A stretch of 64,000 bases of DNA from NCBI RefSeq assembly GCF_036321535.1, contig NC_087437.1, positions 117,430,001 to 117,494,000 of the forward strand, in the 5' to 3' direction. Positions 60,733 to 64,000 of the stretch are shown piece after piece. Each line of letters opens with the position of its first letter. The first letter of the stretch is position 1. The notes under the pieces are model-generated. The model was not told the DNA's origin. It ran no database searches and worked only from the letters and a program-made list of their open reading frames with translations. The position numbers and the translations under genes were made by a program. The stretch comes from Camelus dromedarius (Eukaryota).

Positions 60733-62939
60733 CAAGGGCCAGGGAAGGGGAGAGACGCTGGAATAAGTCATCCATTCTGCAGGCACTTAGCCACCCGTGC
60801 GGCCCTGGGGGCGGGGTCCCGGCTTCTGCAGGGCGCCTGCGCCACGGGGGGCGGGCGAGCTGAGGGAAAGGCAGGGGTCCCGGGCGTTCCTCCTGGGTCC
60901 AGGTCTGCGGGGCTGCTGGCCAGCTTCACCTCACGTCCCGCTCTTGTGCCGACGGTGTGTCTGCAGGGGCCGCGCACACCGTGGACATCACAGCTTCCCT
61001 CCCAGACCCTGGTTAGTGACTCTTTTCTGACCCTGTGAGCCTCCCCTTCTGGGCCTTTTCCTCCCCACCATCTCCTACGCTGTGGGAGGTGGGATCCAAT
61101 AACGAATCCCTTATTCCCTGTCACTCAGAGCCTGGCGGGACTCTGACTCCCTCCCTGCTGGGCTAATGCCTCGACTGTATTACCACGTTGCCTTCGACGT
61201 CTCCTTCACTGTACTAATGATGTGCCTATGTAATCAATCACCGATTGCCTGCTTTCCCATTAAATTCCTCTAAGGTGGGCAGGCTTCACATCTGCCTGCT
61301 CCCCCGTGGCCCTGGCGCTGCTCCCATCAGGGCAGGGGTGTTTCGTGCGGTCGATAAATGCTTGCAGAATGAACGATTTATTCCAGAAGCAGCTTGGGGA
61401 CATGGAAATGGGTTTTGCTCTTAGGCGATGGTTACCATTGTTTTCAGAACCTCCAGGCTGTCGAGGCCTGTTGGGTAACGTGTGTCAGAAGCCACTCTCC
61501 CCTCGTTGGCCCACCTGGTCCCACAGCATCTCCAGCAAAAGGGGCACAAGCACCCACCTGCAGCTGAAAGACACACCTTTAAGGTGACCATGAGGATTTG
61601 TTTGGTCTGGGGGAGCTGTTGTAGAGTTGGATTTTCCCTTGCAGAGGACACAGCCTGAAAACGAGCCATCGGGCTTGCAACCAACTTGCTGTGTGACCGT
61701 GGGCACGTTGCCTGACTTGTCCGAGCCACGGGCTCTTTGGTCAAAGGTGTGGCCCTTCCTCTGATGCACGTGTGATCCTTGAACTTCTTAGTGATTGACA
61801 CGTGCTGGTGACTTTCAGTTGCGGGCGAGTTCCTAGATGCCCTGCCAGACTTGGGAGAAGCCACAAAACTTTCACCTGTCCCGTCAGGCGTCTATATAAG
61901 TGATAAATCTGTTTATCTGAGCCTATTTTTCACTATACATATTTCACAATAAATAAAAACATAGCATGTTTATCATGCGTGGAAATTACACTGAACTTTC
62001 CATGAAGGCAGCTACCCTGCAAATCAAGCAAAGATTAAAGTTGGTTTTGGGAGGAGCTTGCTCAAGAGTTGTTTGCCATTTTGGAAATCTGCACCACTAG
62101 GAGCACCGCCGCCGGCAGTGTCCGAGTTGCTAACACGATGCACAGGGGCCCGTCTGGGTGATAGTGGCTGCATCCCTGCATCCCTGGTGAGTCTAGGCTG
62201 GAGGCAGGAACTTCAGTACTTCCCGTCTTCTGGTGTGTCCCGTTGAGCGTTACACTTGCTGTCCTGTGAATCCTTTCATACCTCCTGTATCTCACATAGT
62301 GGGCGTTATGTTGGAGGTTTTCATCCTGAAATATAAATAAGTTATGTGATCTATGACTTCAATTTCAAAAAAGCAAAATGGGCATTGCAAAAGAATTGTG
62401 ACTCCTATGGCACTGCATTTGAAAGCGTAAGAGACTTTAGACTATCTGCGTGTGAATATCCTTTTAAATTTAAAATATCTCTGCATTTCTCACCTTCCAC
62501 AGCGTCACATGTGGCTTCTGAAGGAGGTTTGGTGAAGGAAAAAGAGAGGTTTTCCCCTGATTGTTCAGATTGGTTTAAGTAATCGTTTCTTCCCTTCCCC
62601 CTCTGTTGTTCTTCTCAACTGGATGTTTCCAAATTCCGGGTTATTCTTTGGAGCAATGGAGAACTATCAGTGATATCAGAGCCTCGTGGTAATTACAGTG
62701 CTGGGCTTGGCGTTGTCATGTTGGCAAAATACATCTCTGCTGGTGCAGAGCTCAGCATTTACCTCCAGCCAACGTGCCGCTTAAGACTGGACTTGGGTTC
62801 CTTTTCTGCCTGGAATGTAGAAAGCTGCAAGGACCATCACTCAGACCATCATGAGAAAAGGCTGGATAAGCTGCAAAATCAGAGCTTTTCCTGAGCCCAT
62901 CAGAGGGGCAATCAAGCAGCCAGAAATCCAAGGTACTAG

Positions 62940-63293
62940 AGACTGGGGAGTTTAAAGCAGCAGAACTTAATTTTCTCACAGTTCTGGAGGCTGGAAGTCA
63001 AGGTCACAGTGTCGGCAGGGCTGGTTTCTCCTGAGCACTCTCTCCTTGGCTTACGGACGGCCGTCTCCTCCTGGGTCCTCATGTGGTCTGTCCTCTGTGC
63101 ATGCGCATTCTTGGTGACTCTTCCTCTTTTTAAAAGGACACCAGTCAGATCGCCTTGGAGGTCACTCTTATGACTTCATTTAAGCTTTATTTCCTCTTTA
63201 AAGGTCCCATCTGCAAATGCAGTCTTGTTCTGAGGTTCTGGGGGTCAGGGCTTCCACAGGCAGACTTTTTGGGGAAACAGTTTGGCCTCTAAC
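62940..63293 (-). mobile_element. MaLR (MLT1A-like) LTR
   Basis: ttctcacagttctggaggctggaagtcaaggtcacagtgtcggcagggctggtttctcctgag...ttctgaggttctgggggtcagggcttcca. Confidence 0.8.
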
Positions 63294-63631
63294 AGTAACA
63301 ATAACTAAAACAACCCAAAGCCAGTTCAAGCCTAACTAGATTTACTCAACCCCCCATGTTTTTTTCAAAAAGTCACCTCTCATTATACTGCAAATATTTT
63401 CCCTGTTGCCGCACAGTCTTTGTAGTTGCCATTTTTAATGGCCACATAGTACTTCTCTGCGTGGCTTTGTCATTCTTATGCCCCTTACTGTTGTCTCGCA
63501 TTTTAGGTTAGTTCCATATTTTTTTCTGTAAGAAAAAAATCTTTTGACACACATTTTCCCTTTGTTTGGAATCCTTCCTTATGATAGGTCCTAAAAAGAG
63601 ACATTGTTGCATCAAAGGGCAAGACCCCAGT

Positions 63632-63997
63632 CATGGACTGAATTGTGTCTCCCCCAAAATTCATGTGCTGTCCTAACCCTGATACGATGGTATTTAGAGG
63701 TGGGGCCTTTGAGAGGTAATTAGGGTTAAATAAGGTCATAAGAGTGGGGCCCTAATCTGAAGGGATTGGTGTCCCCGTAAGAGGAGGAGGAGACACAGAA
63801 AACTCTCTCTCTTTGCACTCACAGCCATGGAGGAGAGGCCACAGGAGCACAGAGAGAGGAGGCAGCCTCCTGCAAGTGAATTTCCTGGCACTTTGATCTT
63901 GGACTTCCAGCCTCCACTACTGTGAGAAAATAAATGCCTATAGTTAGAGCCATCCCTCCCATGGGATATTGTCTGGCAGCCTGAGCAGATTATTACA
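63632..63997 (+). mobile_element. MaLR (MLT1A/B-like) LTR
   Basis: atggactgaattgtgtctcccccaaaattcatgtg...ggcactttgatcttggacttccagcctcc...gtgagaaaataaatg...gcagcctgagcagattattaca. Confidence 0.85.
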
Positions 63998-64000
63998 ACC

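Noticed and set aside
62090..62115. CTCF-like motif (caccactaggagcaccgc)
   Set aside because: It is only a partial match to the core and cannot be supported without a PWM scan or ChIP data.
57400..64000. Start of the downstream neighbour PCP4
   Set aside because: I did not find a recognisable PCP4 exon (MSE.../IQ motif) in this interval.

Overview
This is mammalian (eukaryotic) genomic DNA, most likely from a camelid, judged from a Vic-1-type tRNA-derived SINE and recurring artiodactyl-type L1 3' ends. The window holds one complete protein-coding gene on the + strand, IGSF5 (JAM4, junctional adhesion molecule 4). I reconstructed it by hand from 8 coding exons (19740-19797, 26712-27029, 31689-31988, 41477-41617, 44334-44358, 47517-47617, 48890-48963, 55353-55448). 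All introns are GT-AG and the phases are consistent. The CDS is 1113 nt (370 aa): signal peptide, V-type Ig, C2-type Ig, transmembrane helix, CCCC cluster, cytoplasmic tail and C-terminal PDZ-binding motif NVTLV. A CpG-rich putative promoter and non-coding first exon lie at about 15.98-16.32 kb, and a polyA signal is at 56193. The rest is intronic or intergenic DNA dense in interspersed repeats (L1, L2, MIR, MaLR/ERVL/ERV1 solo LTRs, hAT and TcMar DNA transposons), with several nested insertions. Nearly all ORFs in the supplied track are spurious. I found no evidence of a new multi-gene system. The most interesting signals are regulatory: a (CACGTS)n E-box/HRE array in the promoter, a 31-bp-periodic CCAAT array downstream of the gene, a tRNA-Glu-like relic in intron 2, and LTRs next to or inside the gene. 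Repeat subfamily names and orthologue comparisons come from recall, not from database searches.
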